Shown: positions 1-9,879, counted from the stretch's first letter. The stretch: DNA of 64,000 nucleotides from a virus (IMGVR_UViG_3300044611_001070:1-64000), one strand, 5' to 3'. The notes: generated from the letters alone by a model not told the origin. Numbers and translations are program-made.

Positions 1-2
1 TT

Positions 3-293
3 GGAATTGCCGCACCTGAAAATAAATTCTTGGGTTCCACAAAAATGGATCAACTTGAACCTGGTAATATTACAATGTCGGTTTATTTAAAAACTTTAGA
101 AGATTTAGAAATTGATATTCAGTTTGGTGATTATGTTGGTTATTACGATACGGAAAGTTTTGTGAGGTACTATACTGTTGTTAACGATGGTCGTGTTACT
201 TCAGATATAAAACATACTTATAAAGGATATAAACCTTTTTATAGAACAATAATTGGATCACCTGTCGGACCAAACGAATTTAGAGGATTATGA
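3..293 (+). CDS. 3' part of a probable neck/head-closure protein (5' truncated by the window edge)
   Basis: The frame is open from position 3 (GIAAPENKFLGSTK...), so the TTG at 30 is probably not the real start. Position upstream of the tail completion and sheath genes suggests the function. Confidence 0.45.
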   Translation, partial: GIAAPENKFLGSTKMDQLEPGNITMSVYLKTLEDLEIDIQFGDYVGYYDTESFVRYYTVVNDGRVTSDIKHTYKGYKPFYRTIIGSPVGPNEFRGL

Positions 294-715
294 AAATAAT
301 AGCTGATGAAAAAGAAGGGTTGTTAAAAAATAAAATTAACAATTTAATTGGTAAAAAAGTAATGTGTTATTATGACTTACATAGACACACATTTTCGGTG
401 ACTTATAATGGACTTGTTATGTTAAAGGCAGACTATTTAAAATTAAATGATGTTGAGTTTAGAGTAAGACAAGGTGGAAAACAAAAAGTAAGAGACAAAA
501 AAAGAAAAAATGTTCATGCATTTGTTATCGGTAATTTAGATGATTATTGTGAATTTCCTTGTGGGAATATTCCTGTACCTGAATCAAATGATGTGGTTAC
601 ATACAATCCTTACAAATATGATTCTTTTGTTAATAAAATAACGGAAGAACCAATTTATAAGTCAAATGAAATTGAAATGATTAACATTAAAGATAAAATA
701 TTTTTAATAAACTAA
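290..715 (+). CDS. conserved phage hypothetical protein
   Basis: 141 aa. YYDLHR..FSV and FRVRQGGKQKV...KRKNVHAFV motifs resemble a widespread uncharacterised phage family. ATGA overlap with the upstream gene. Confidence 0.6.
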   Translation: MKIIADEKEGLLKNKINNLIGKKVMCYYDLHRHTFSVTYNGLVMLKADYLKLNDVEFRVRQGGKQKVRDKKRKNVHAFVIGNLDDYCEFPCGNIPVPESNDVVTYNPYKYDSFVNKITEEPIYKSNEIEMINIKDKIFLIN

Positions 716-716
716 T

Positions 717-1754
717 ATGGGGTTACCTAAAAAAATAAAAAAAGACATATCATTAATACCTAAGAAGACACTTCTTCCTAGACGACATGAGATTGCCGAT
801 ATGATTTCGGAAGATGGTACTTATTTACCTAAAAGTTTATTACACGCTGATTTAGATAGAGGGTTTTTAGATTTTGTTAAAGACGGACTTAAAACCGTAG
901 TTGAAGGAAAAACGGTACCAATGGTGGATGTTTTAATAACAACACAAAATTGGGCTCAATTTGTTGAGACATGGGATTTTGAAAATATTGATAAGAATGT
1001 TGAACCGCCATTCATTACGGTGATCAGAACACCTGAAGTTAAATATGGTAATAACCCTGCGGTTATGTATAATATTCCAAACAGAAAATTATATTACTAT
1101 GCTAAAGTACCAACTTGGGATGGACAACGTCATGGAATGGATATTTACAAGATACCACAACCTGTTCCTGTTGATATAAAATACACCGTTGTAATTGTTT
1201 GTAATAGAATGAGGGAGTTAAATAAATTCAATCAAATTGTATTAGAAAAATTTTCATCAAGACAATCATACCAAACTATTAAAGGACATTATATCCCAAT
1301 TATAAATGATGATGTTATTGATGAATCAATTTTGGATTTGGAAAAGAGAAAAGTATACATTCAAAAATATACTTTTACAATGATGGGATTCTTAATTGAT
1401 GAAGATCAATTTGAGGTACAACCCGCAGTTACAAGAATATTCCAAATATACGAAACTGAAAGTAAAATTAAAAAAAGAAAACCTAAAAAAGAAGTTCCTA
1501 TTTCACCCCAAACTGCAACCTTTACATATTCAGATGTTGACACAGAAAAGGAGGAAACTTTTTATTATACCGTGAATATGCGTTTTATGGATAGTAAAAA
1601 TGTGGATTCATATTCTGTTTTCATTAATGGTGATTACTATGGTGATGATGTATTAGTAATATTAGTTAATAATGGGGATGTAATTAAAATAACAATTATT
1701 AAAGATAATCCTTCTGAACAATCTTCAATAGTATTTACTGAAGAGTTACTTTAA
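717..1754 (+). CDS. putative tail completion/sheath terminator (T4 gp15-like)
   Basis: 345 aa. PQPVPVDIKYTV..CNRMRELN segment resembles the gp15-like P-V-P-x-x-I-x-Y motif. Lies just upstream of the sheath gene. Confidence 0.55.
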   Translation: MGLPKKIKKDISLIPKKTLLPRRHEIADMISEDGTYLPKSLLHADLDRGFLDFVKDGLKTVVEGKTVPMVDVLITTQNWAQFVETWDFENIDKNVEPPFITVIRTPEVKYGNNPAVMYNIPNRKLYYYAKVPTWDGQRHGMDIYKIPQPVPVDIKYTVVIVCNRMRELNKFNQIVLEKFSSRQSYQTIKGHYIPIINDDVIDESILDLEKRKVYIQKYTFTMMGFLIDEDQFEVQPAVTRIFQIYETESKIKKRKPKKEVPISPQTATFTYSDVDTEKEETFYYTVNMRFMDSKNVDSYSVFINGDYYGDDVLVILVNNGDVIKITIIKDNPSEQSSIVFTEELL

Positions 1755-1915
1755 TCCTCCCCGTATATATCTTTTTTTTCCTTACATTTTTCAAAAATAA
1801 GGTTTTCCAAAAACCTATACATTTTAATACCACGTTTATCGCAATACTTCTTTAGGGTCTCGTGTGATTCAACCGAAATCTTCAGGTTTTTTATCTTCTT
1901 AGTATCTTTATCCAT
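1751..1915 (-). CDS. ribbon-helix-helix DNA-binding protein, 54 aa (not in the ORF track)
   Basis: Hand translation: MDKDTKKIKNLKISVESHETLKKYCDKRGIKMYRFLENLIFEKCKEKKDIYGED. Alternating strand KNLKI, helix, Gly turn, helix. Fills the intergenic gap and has its own TATTTAT motif upstream on the - strand. Confidence 0.75.
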   Translation of the reverse strand: MDKDTKKIKNLKISVESHETLKKYCDKRGIKMYRFLENLIFEKCKEKKDIYGED

Positions 1916-1952
1916 AGGGCAGAAAAAAGGCAGAATAAAATCTTACCAAAAT

Positions 1953-1959
1953 ATAAATA
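1953..1959 (-). promoter_or_regulatory. TATTTAT putative late promoter for the RHH gene
   Basis: ATAAATA on the + strand, 37 nt upstream of the - strand ATG. Confidence 0.45.
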
Positions 1960-1995
1960 CTTTCTAATAAGTAAAGTTTTTCCTCAAATTATCAA

Positions 1996-2002
1996 TATTT
2001 AT
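1996..2002 (+). promoter_or_regulatory. TATTTAT putative late promoter of the sheath gene
   Basis: The same 7-mer precedes most structural gene starts in the sense orientation. Confidence 0.55.
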
Positions 2003-2039
2003 ATAATAAATAAAATTAAAACCAAAAATAAACTAAATT

Positions 2040-5000
2040 ATGGCAACTAACGGTAAAGTATTCGTATCACCTGGTGTTTATACTTCTGAAGTGGATTTAA
2101 GTTTTGTGGCACAAAGTGTGGGAGTTACCACATTGGGTATTGCAGGTGAAACTTTAAAAGGTCCAGCTTTTGAACCGATATTCATCAAAAACTATGAGGA
2201 ATTTCAAACTTACTTCGGAGGAACATCCGCAGAAAAATTTATAAACACACAAATTCCTAAGTATGAGGCGGCTTACATAGCAAAATCATATTTACAACAA
2301 TCTAATCAATTATTCGTAACGAGAGTTTTAGGACTTTCTGGTTATGATGCAGGACCATCTTGGTCTATTATAACTCAAGCAAATGTTGATCCTACTACGA
2401 TTGACTTTTATTGTGAAGATCCACAAATAGTTGATTGTTTACCTTATTGTGATCCTGCAGATTATAAGGTTACACCTTATGTTGTAGAATTTACGGGGTG
2501 TTCAAACTCACAAGGAACAATTAGTTATATAACTGATTTCCCTGCTGAGATTGAAAATATATTAACTGATCAGTTTGAGCAATTCAATGGAGGTGTGTCA
2601 ACATTAGAAACAGAAATCAATAATATGGTTTTTGATGTACTTAGTGATGCTGACCCAATTAGCGCCCAAACTAATACAATAGCTTATTTCGGAACAATTT
2701 ATGGTCCTACTTATGATATATTATCACCTGAATTCACAAATGAAACTAATGTTTATGGTGTTCCTTCAGTATCAAGTACTGAAACTAATTATGAATCACC
2801 ATTTAACGATCCTTGGTATTATTCATTATTTACAAATAATGGTAATAATAGTTATTCAGGATTCTCATTCTTTGCTTATGTTGATAGTTTAACTCTAATA
2901 CCGGTAACAAATACAACAACAGCATTTCCATTTACACCGACACCAACACCGTCGGCAGTTAATCCATGTGCTACGGCAACGCCAGTATCATCACCAACAC
3001 CTACACCAACTGCAGTTAATGTTAATTGTTATACAGGTACAATTAATGGGTTGATTTATGAATACACAGGTACATCATATGTTAACTTTGATAATTTAGT
3101 TGTTGGTACATTAAGATCAAGAGGTATCGCAACATACGAAGATTCAACAAACCCTGTGTTTGAAGTAACAAATATTAATAATGTAAATTTAAATATGTCA
3201 GGACAATATTCAGGTGTTCTTAAAAACCCATATTTACCATTCGTTGTTAATGTAACAAATGATGACGGAACTGCATTCTCTTTTGAGACATCATTCTCAA
3301 CTTCAGATTCTCAGTACATTTCTAAAGTATTTGGATCAACTAACTTCCAAAAACCAAGAAAGAATGTTCCTTTATTCTTAGAGGAAAGATTCCAAGCTTT
3401 ATTAAATTATGGATGGAACAAAGGATTCATTAGAGGTTTGAGTTCAAACTTAATTGAATTAGATTCCGCACAAAGTGGACAACAAGATAGTATTGGATGG
3501 TACTTAGATAGATACCAATCACCAAGCACCCCTTGGATTGTATCTGAATTAAGAGGTACCAAAGTATTTAACTTGTTCAAGTTCTACTCAATTTCTGATG
3601 GTAACTCAGCAAACTCTGAAATTAAAGTTTCAATTATCAATATGTCATTCTCCAATGGAACGTTTGATGTAATTGTAAGAGATTTCTACGATTCAGATGC
3701 TAACCCTACAGTTTTAGAGAAATTTACAAATTGTAGTATGGATTTAAATCAAAATAATTTCATCGGTAAAAAAATAGGTTCATTAGACGGAGAATATGCG
3801 TTGAACTCTAAATTTATAATGGTTGAAATGAATGAGGATGCACCTGTTGATTCATTACCTTGTGGTTTTGATGGTTATACATTCAGAGAATATGCTGATG
3901 TAACACCTCCATTCCCTGTTTATAAAACTAAATATGATTTCCCTGGTGAAATTATTTATAATCCACCTTTTGGTTTTACAAGTGGTAACGATGATGCAAT
4001 CAGATCAAATGGAGATAACGTTAGAAGAACTTATTTAGGTTTCTCTAATAACATCGGATTTGATACAGACTTTTTCCAATACAAAGGAAAAAGAGCTCCA
4101 ATTGATTTATGTAATGTTGATGGAGTTGAGTGGTCATACCAAACAAAAGGATTCCACATGGATAAAGATGCTAGTGTTATTGTGATAGGACCAGCGTTTA
4201 CAACAAGTGGAACACCTAAATACTATGTTGGTGATGCAACATTCCAACAAGAACCTACAAACGAAACAAGTCCATACTACAGAATTTATTCAAGAAAATT
4301 CACAACAATGTTCTATGGTGGTTTTGACGGATGGGATATCTATAGAGAATACAGAACAAACGGAGACAGATATGTACTTGGTAGAAATGGATTCTTAAAC
4401 GGAGCTTGTCCTTCAGCAAGATATCCATTAGCAACAGGATGGGGAGCATTTAAACAAATCTCAATCGGTGATGGAACACAAAGTTTTGCAAATACTGACT
4501 ACTACGCTTACTTATTAGGAATCCAAACATTCTCTAATCCTGAGGCGGTTAACATCAATGTGTTTGTATCTCCAGGTATTGATTATGTAAACAATAGTGA
4601 CTTAGTTGAGGCTACAATTGATATGATTGAAAACGACAGAGCTGACTCATTGTATATTGCAACAACACCTGACTACAATATGTTCTTACCAACAACTACA
4701 GGTGGTGATGGATTAATCTACCCACAAGAAGCGGTTGACAACTTAGAACAAACAGGAATTGACTCTAACTACACAGCTACTTATTACCCTTGGGTATTAA
4801 CTCGTGATAGTGTGAACAATACTCAAATCTATATCCCAGCAACGGCTGAGGTAACAAGAAACTTGGCATTAACCGACAACATTGCATTCCCTTGGTTCGC
4901 AGCGGCAGGTTACACAAGAGGTATTGTAAACTCAATTAAAGCACGTAAGAAGTTGACTCAAGAAGATAGAGATACTCTTTATCAAGGAAGAATCAACCCA

Positions 5001-5384
5001 ATTGCAACCTTCTCTGATGTTGGTACCGTAATTTGGGGTAACAAAACTCTTCAAGTTAGAGAATCTGCTCTTGATAGAATTAACGTGAGAAGATTATTAT
5101 TACAAGCTCGTAAATTGATATCTGCAGTTTCTGTGAGATTGTTGTTTGATCAAAACGACGAACAAGTAAGACAAGACTTCTTAAATGCGGTTAATCCAAT
5201 CTTAGATGCAATCAGAAGAGATAGAGGTTTATATGACTTTAGAGTTACGGTTTCAAGTGACAGTGAAGACTTAGATAGAAATCAATTGGTAGGTAAAATA
5301 TATATCAAACCAACTCGTTCTTTAGAGTTCATAGATATAACATTCTACATCACTCCAACAGGAGCATCGTTTGACAATATCTAA
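2040..5384 (+). CDS. contractile tail sheath protein (gp18-like) with large insertions
   Basis: N-terminal FVSPGVYTSEVDLS and GETLKGPAFEP. C-terminal PWFAAAGYTRG, LYQGRINPI, IWGNKTLQ, RINVRRLL, IYIKPTRSLEFI. Confidence 0.96.
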   Translation: MATNGKVFVSPGVYTSEVDLSFVAQSVGVTTLGIAGETLKGPAFEPIFIKNYEEFQTYFGGTSAEKFINTQIPKYEAAYIAKSYLQQSNQLFVTRVLGLSGYDAGPSWSIITQANVDPTTIDFYCEDPQIVDCLPYCDPADYKVTPYVVEFTGCSNSQGTISYITDFPAEIENILTDQFEQFNGGVSTLETEINNMVFDVLSDADPISAQTNTIAYFGTIYGPTYDILSPEFTNETNVYGVPSVSSTETNYESPFNDPWYYSLFTNNGNNSYSGFSFFAYVDSLTLIPVTNTTTAFPFTPTPTPSAVNPCATATPVSSPTPTPTAVNVNCYTGTINGLIYEYTGTSYVNFDNLVVGTLRSRGIATYEDSTNPVFEVTNINNVNLNMSGQYSGVLKNPYLPFVVNVTNDDGTAFSFETSFSTSDSQYISKVFGSTNFQKPRKNVPLFLEERFQALLNYGWNKGFIRGLSSNLIELDSAQSGQQDSIGWYLDRYQSPSTPWIVSELRGTKVFNLFKFYSISDGNSANSEIKVSIINMSFSNGTFDVIVRDFYDSDANPTVLEKFTNCSMDLNQNNFIGKKIGSLDGEYALNSKFIMVEMNEDAPVDSLPCGFDGYTFREYADVTPPFPVYKTKYDFPGEIIYNPPFGFTSGNDDAIRSNGDNVRRTYLGFSNNIGFDTDFFQYKGKRAPIDLCNVDGVEWSYQTKGFHMDKDASVIVIGPAFTTSGTPKYYVGDATFQQEPTNETSPYYRIYSRKFTTMFYGGFDGWDIYREYRTNGDRYVLGRNGFLNGACPSARYPLATGWGAFKQISIGDGTQSFANTDYYAYLLGIQTFSNPEAVNINVFVSPGIDYVNNSDLVEATIDMIENDRADSLYIATTPDYNMFLPTTTGGDGLIYPQEAVDNLEQTGIDSNYTATYYPWVLTRDSVNNTQIYIPATAEVTRNLALTDNIAFPWFAAAGYTRGIVNSIKARKKLTQEDRDTLYQGRINPIATFSDVGTVIWGNKTLQVRESALDRINVRRLLLQARKLISAVSVRLLFDQNDEQVRQDFLNAVNPILDAIRRDRGLYDFRVTVSSDSEDLDRNQLVGKIYIKPTRSLEFIDITFYITPTGASFDNI

Positions 5385-5404
5385 TCAAACAAATAATTTA
5401 AAGG

Positions 5405-5431
5405 AAAAGGGGAATTCGTTCCCCTTTTTTT
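5405..5431 (+). terminator. rho-independent terminator with UUCG loop
   Basis: AAAAGGGGAA-TTCG-TTCCCCTTTT followed by a T run, just after the sheath stop. Confidence 0.9.
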
Positions 5432-5454
5432 ATTTTACTAATATTTATTAAGGT

Positions 5455-6294
5455 ATGAAAGATTACCATAAAGTTATTGTTAAAGAAATTATCAACGAAA
5501 TTATTCAGGAAAAACAAACACCCGTAATGAAATATTACGCTTTTGACTGGGATGATAATCTTATGTTTATGCCAACAAAAATACATCTTAAAGATGATAA
5601 AGGTAAAAGTGTTGGAATGTCAACTGAAGATTTTGCGGAATATAGAACTGATATTGGTGAAAAACCTTTTGAATATAAGGGACACACCATAGTATCTTTT
5701 GATGAAGAACCTTTCAGAGATTTCAGGGTATCAGGAGACAAACAATTTATAACGGATGCAATGTCAGCACCAACAGGACCGGCATGGGATGATTTTGTGG
5801 AGGCAATTAATAATGGTTCAATATTTGCTATTGTTACTGCAAGAGGACACACACCTTCTATATTAAAAGAGGGGGTTTATAGATTAATTAAACAGAATAA
5901 ACATGGTTTGGATTCAAATCAGTTGGCAAAAAATCTTTTAAAGTATAGAGATTTAGCGGATGAAGATAAATTATCTAAAGATCAACTAATACGATCTTAC
6001 TTAGATATGTGTCGTTTTCACCCTGTGTCTTTCGGAGATGGTTCTGCAACTAATCCCGAACAAGGAAAAATAGATGCAATGGAAGAATTTGTGGGTTATG
6101 TAAAAAACTTATCACATTCATTACAACAAAAGGCATTTATGAAGAACAAGATTAGTAACTACTTTACACCATTTATTGGTTTTTCAGATGACGATGTAAG
6201 AAATGTAGAAACTATGAAGAAACATTTTGATAAAAAAGAAGATAATATATTAAAGACTTATTTAACTGCAGGAGGACAAAAGAAATTATATTAA
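5455..6294 (+). CDS. HAD-superfamily phosphatase-like protein
   Basis: Motif I YAFDWDDN (DxD), motif II IVTARG, conserved K (QGK), motif IV GFSDDD. Confidence 0.7.
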   Translation: MKDYHKVIVKEIINEIIQEKQTPVMKYYAFDWDDNLMFMPTKIHLKDDKGKSVGMSTEDFAEYRTDIGEKPFEYKGHTIVSFDEEPFRDFRVSGDKQFITDAMSAPTGPAWDDFVEAINNGSIFAIVTARGHTPSILKEGVYRLIKQNKHGLDSNQLAKNLLKYRDLADEDKLSKDQLIRSYLDMCRFHPVSFGDGSATNPEQGKIDAMEEFVGYVKNLSHSLQQKAFMKNKISNYFTPFIGFSDDDVRNVETMKKHFDKKEDNILKTYLTAGGQKKLY

Positions 6295-6415
6295 CTAGTT
6301 TGTCTGGTATAGTATAAGAATATGTTCAAAAAAAATGTAAGTAAATAGAAAAAATTCATTATCGTGATATTTATAATAAAAAACTAAAATAAACTAAAAA
6401 CTAAAATAAAAAATT

Positions 6416-6904
6416 ATGGCTGATTTGTTAATGAAAATGCCAATTCCTTACGAACCAAAAAGAGACAATCGTTGGATTTTAAGGTTTCCATCATCACTTG
6501 GAATTAATGAGTGGTATGTGGAGAGTACTTCGAGACCTAAATTAAAAATCGCTTCAGTTGCGATACCTTTCTTAAATACTGAAACATATGTTGCTGGTAG
6601 GTTTAACTGGGAAGAAATTTCAGTTAAGTTTAGAGATCCAATCGGACCTTCAGCGTCTCAAGCGGTTATGGAATGGATTCGTCTATGTGCGGAGTCTGTA
6701 ACGGGTCGTATGGGTTATGCTGCAGGATACAAGAAAAATGTTGATTTGGAAATGTTAGACCCAACAGGAGTTGTTGTTGAGAAATGGATTTTAGAAGGGG
6801 CTTGGTTAACAGGATATGATGGTGGTACGTTAGATTATTCAAGTGATAAGATTGTTGGAATCACTTCAAGTATTCGTATGGATCGTTGTATATTAGTATA
6901 CTAA
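6416..6904 (+). CDS. tail tube protein (gp19-like)
   Basis: 162 aa. YEPKR.NRW, YVAGRFNWEEISVKFRDPI, V.EW, LEMLDPTGVVVEKW.LEGAW. Follows the sheath gene. Confidence 0.92.
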   Translation: MADLLMKMPIPYEPKRDNRWILRFPSSLGINEWYVESTSRPKLKIASVAIPFLNTETYVAGRFNWEEISVKFRDPIGPSASQAVMEWIRLCAESVTGRMGYAAGYKKNVDLEMLDPTGVVVEKWILEGAWLTGYDGGTLDYSSDKIVGITSSIRMDRCILVY

Positions 6905-6924
6905 AAAAATTTACTTTTAATATT

Positions 6925-6957
6925 AACCGTGTACATTTATGATGTATACGGTTTTTT
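6925..6957 (+). terminator. rho-independent terminator
   Basis: AACCGTGTACAT-TTATG-ATGTATACGGTT (one G-U pair) followed by a T run. Confidence 0.75.
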
Positions 6958-6990
6958 GTGCAATAATAAATTAAAAAAATATAAAAAAAA

Positions 6991-7755
6991 ATGGATCAAG
7001 ACACGGCCGCTAATGGGCAAATGGATTTTAACTTACCACATGACGTGGTAACACTACCTTCAGGTGGTTTATTCTACAAATCAAAAAAGAAAAGCGTTAA
7101 GGTTGGTTACTTAACCGCAAGTGATGAAAATATTTTAGTTAATATTGAATCAAGAAAATCTATTAATGAAGGTGTTGTTTTACCCTTATTAAGAAATAAA
7201 CTTTATGAAAAAGACTTAAGACCTGAAGAATTAATGGAAAGTGATATTGAAGCAATCCTTTTATTTTTACGTAATACATCTTTTGGTCCTGAATATAGAA
7301 TCACAACTGTTGACCCATCAAACGGTCAAACATTTGAAGCATCTATTATGTTGGATGAGTTAAATTTGACAAGACCAAAAGTACAACCTGATGAAGATGG
7401 TACATTTACGGTTAAATTACCAAAATCAAACGCGGATGTTAAACTTAAAATGTTAAGTTTATATGACACCATTGAAATTGCTAAAATAATTGACTCATAC
7501 CCTGTAGGGTATACCGCACCTACGATAACAACAAGATTAAATAAAACTATTTTGGAATTAAATGGTAATCCAGATAGAAATGAAATAAGCGTATTTTGTC
7601 AAAATATGCCAATTGGTGATTCTAAGTTCATAAGAAATTTCCTAAAAGAAAACGAACCGAGATTGGATTTAAGGAAAACAGTTTACGCCCCATCAGGAGA
7701 AAAAGTCGATGTCATCATCAACTTTGGGGTGGAGTTTTTTCGGCCTTTCTTCTAA
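6991..7755 (+). CDS. baseplate hub/tail assembly chaperone (T4 gp26-like)
   Basis: LPSGG.FY, LTASDENIL, D.EAILLFLR..SFG.EY and a C-terminal FF. Sits between the tube and tape measure genes. Confidence 0.75.
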   Translation: MDQDTAANGQMDFNLPHDVVTLPSGGLFYKSKKKSVKVGYLTASDENILVNIESRKSINEGVVLPLLRNKLYEKDLRPEELMESDIEAILLFLRNTSFGPEYRITTVDPSNGQTFEASIMLDELNLTRPKVQPDEDGTFTVKLPKSNADVKLKMLSLYDTIEIAKIIDSYPVGYTAPTITTRLNKTILELNGNPDRNEISVFCQNMPIGDSKFIRNFLKENEPRLDLRKTVYAPSGEKVDVIINFGVEFFRPFF

Positions 7756-7897
7756 TCACTCAAAATTTTTATTAGACGAATTTTATTATTTGGCAAAATT
7801 CTTGAGGATATCGTATAACGATTTCTTAAAACTTCCAACCTACATTAGAAGATATCTCTTAGATAAGATAGTTGAGGAAAATACGCCCAAAACTTAA
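7709..7897 (+). CDS. small gp51-like assembly protein, or frameshift extension of the upstream chaperone
   Basis: DEFYYLAK..ISYNDFLKLP.YIRRY pattern typical of the second chaperone segment. Overlaps the upstream gene by 47 nt in the +1 frame. Confidence 0.6.
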   Translation: MSSSTLGWSFFGLSSNHSKFLLDEFYYLAKFLRISYNDFLKLPTYIRRYLLDKIVEENTPKT

Positions 7898-7926
7898 TAC
7901 TTAAATATTTATTGTAAAAATTAATT

Positions 7927-9879
7927 ATGCCTAGAACATTTGATTTTAAGAATGCAACCAACGAACAGATAGATGCGTATCTTCAAAAACTTGTTGATGC
8001 CGGTTATAACGAAGGTAAATCTGATGGTGAATCGGTTAAAGAAGAAAGAGAATATTTGAAGAGCCGAGGTGATACTGAAAACACAAACACACAATATATA
8101 ACTGATCTTTTTGAAGGTGAAAAGGTAACAAAAGGACTAGAATCTGCTATCGCAGATTATAAGTCCGCTGCAAATCCAGAAAATTTTAAAGGAGCCGATT
8201 ATTTAAGAGAATCCGCTCAAGAAATGGCAAATTCGTTGGGTCTTGGTAAGGCTAGAATGTCTGAAATGAAAACAACAATTGCCGATGCAATACCTGAAAT
8301 GCTCAGACTTGGAATTTCAGAAGGAAATGCATTAGATGCTATGACAGAGATACCAAAAACGTTGGGTATTAACACTTCTTTAGGTAAAGAGGCTCTTGTT
8401 GAGATGACGGTAGCGGCTCATGTAGCGGGGGTAAATGTAGGTAAATTAGCGACAGACTTTAAGGGTGTTGGTATTTCATTATATGATGTTGGTGATAAAA
8501 TGGCCGAAGTTGCAAATTACGCTAAAAGTGTTGGTACAAACGTAAAGGCGGTTTCACAAGAGGTTGTTACTAATTTAAAACAATTAAATTTATATAATTT
8601 TGACAATGGAGTCAAAGGGTTGGCCAAAATGGCGGCACAAGCGTCTATGTTAGGTATTGACATGGCGACCACATTTGAAATAGCGGAGGACCTTATGTCA
8701 CCTGAAAAGGCAATTGATTTAGCTGCATCATTACAACGTTTAGGTGTTTCAAGTAGTGCATTATTAGACCCATTAAAAGCTATGGATTTAGCTCAAAATG
8801 ATCCTGAGGCGTTACAAAAAGAAATAATTAATGTTTCTAAAGAATTTACTAAATTAAAGGCGGATGGTACAGGTTTTGAAATTTTACCTGGCGCAAAACG
8901 TAGGTTAAGAGAAGTTGCGGAAGCGATGGGTATGAGTGCATCTGAATTAGCAAATATGTCAATTAAGAGTGCTGATTTGGACATGAAGATGAGTAAAATT
9001 AAATTCCCAAGTTTAGCGTCATCTGAAGAGGATAAATTGTTAATTGCTAATATGGCCCAAATGAAAGGTGGTGAGGCTGTACTTCAAATTAAAAATGATA
9101 AAACAGGTGAACTGGAGGACATTAATGTTAAAGATTTAACGGCAGATCAAATTACAAAATTAAAAGAACAACAATCAAATGAAAATAAAACAATTGAACA
9201 AATTGCTTTAGATCAATTAACTACATTACAACAAATTAATACCTCTTTAAATGCGGGTAAACAGGCGGTAAATCTTGGTAAGGCATCAACACCAACAATG
9301 GATAGGTTTTATAATGTTATTAATAACGCCGGAGCAATAGCCGCAACAAATTTAACTAAAGATATTACAACTGAAAATGTTAGGGGAGCGGCAACTGAAG
9401 TCCTTACTCCTTTAGAAGAACAAGTAGTTAAATTCTTTCAAGGTAACGCTACTTGGGACTCAGTTACGGCAACTTTAGTTGGAGCTACAGACGCTCTTGT
9501 GAAAATTGGTGGTGATCTTACTAAAGGCGGGGCAAATGTTTTACTTAAAACAAGTACGGAGGTAATTAATATGTTTACTAAAGAATATTCTTCAGCTGGA
9601 GTAAACCCAACTCAAATAACATTTGATCCAAATAATTCAGTTTTAACATCTCTTACATCATTTATGGATCAACTTACAAAAGGTACACCTGTGGAAACAA
9701 AAACACAAGTTAGTGGTGAGGTTAAACATACAGTTGAATTTGGTGGAACTGGAATGAGCGCTCAAGAAGAAGCCGCTTGGAATAAATACATGGACAAGTT
9801 TTTACAAGACCCTAATAAGAAAGCAGCATATGAGAAATGGGTATCAAGTTCAAACGAAGGACTTCTTACAAAAAAATAA
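7927..9879 (+). CDS. tape measure protein
   Basis: 650 aa, Ala/Lys/Met-rich and helical, in the canonical position after the tube and chaperone genes. Confidence 0.7.
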   Translation: MPRTFDFKNATNEQIDAYLQKLVDAGYNEGKSDGESVKEEREYLKSRGDTENTNTQYITDLFEGEKVTKGLESAIADYKSAANPENFKGADYLRESAQEMANSLGLGKARMSEMKTTIADAIPEMLRLGISEGNALDAMTEIPKTLGINTSLGKEALVEMTVAAHVAGVNVGKLATDFKGVGISLYDVGDKMAEVANYAKSVGTNVKAVSQEVVTNLKQLNLYNFDNGVKGLAKMAAQASMLGIDMATTFEIAEDLMSPEKAIDLAASLQRLGVSSSALLDPLKAMDLAQNDPEALQKEIINVSKEFTKLKADGTGFEILPGAKRRLREVAEAMGMSASELANMSIKSADLDMKMSKIKFPSLASSEEDKLLIANMAQMKGGEAVLQIKNDKTGELEDINVKDLTADQITKLKEQQSNENKTIEQIALDQLTTLQQINTSLNAGKQAVNLGKASTPTMDRFYNVINNAGAIAATNLTKDITTENVRGAATEVLTPLEEQVVKFFQGNATWDSVTATLVGATDALVKIGGDLTKGGANVLLKTSTEVINMFTKEYSSAGVNPTQITFDPNNSVLTSLTSFMDQLTKGTPVETKTQVSGEVKHTVEFGGTGMSAQEEAAWNKYMDKFLQDPNKKAAYEKWVSSSNEGLLTKK

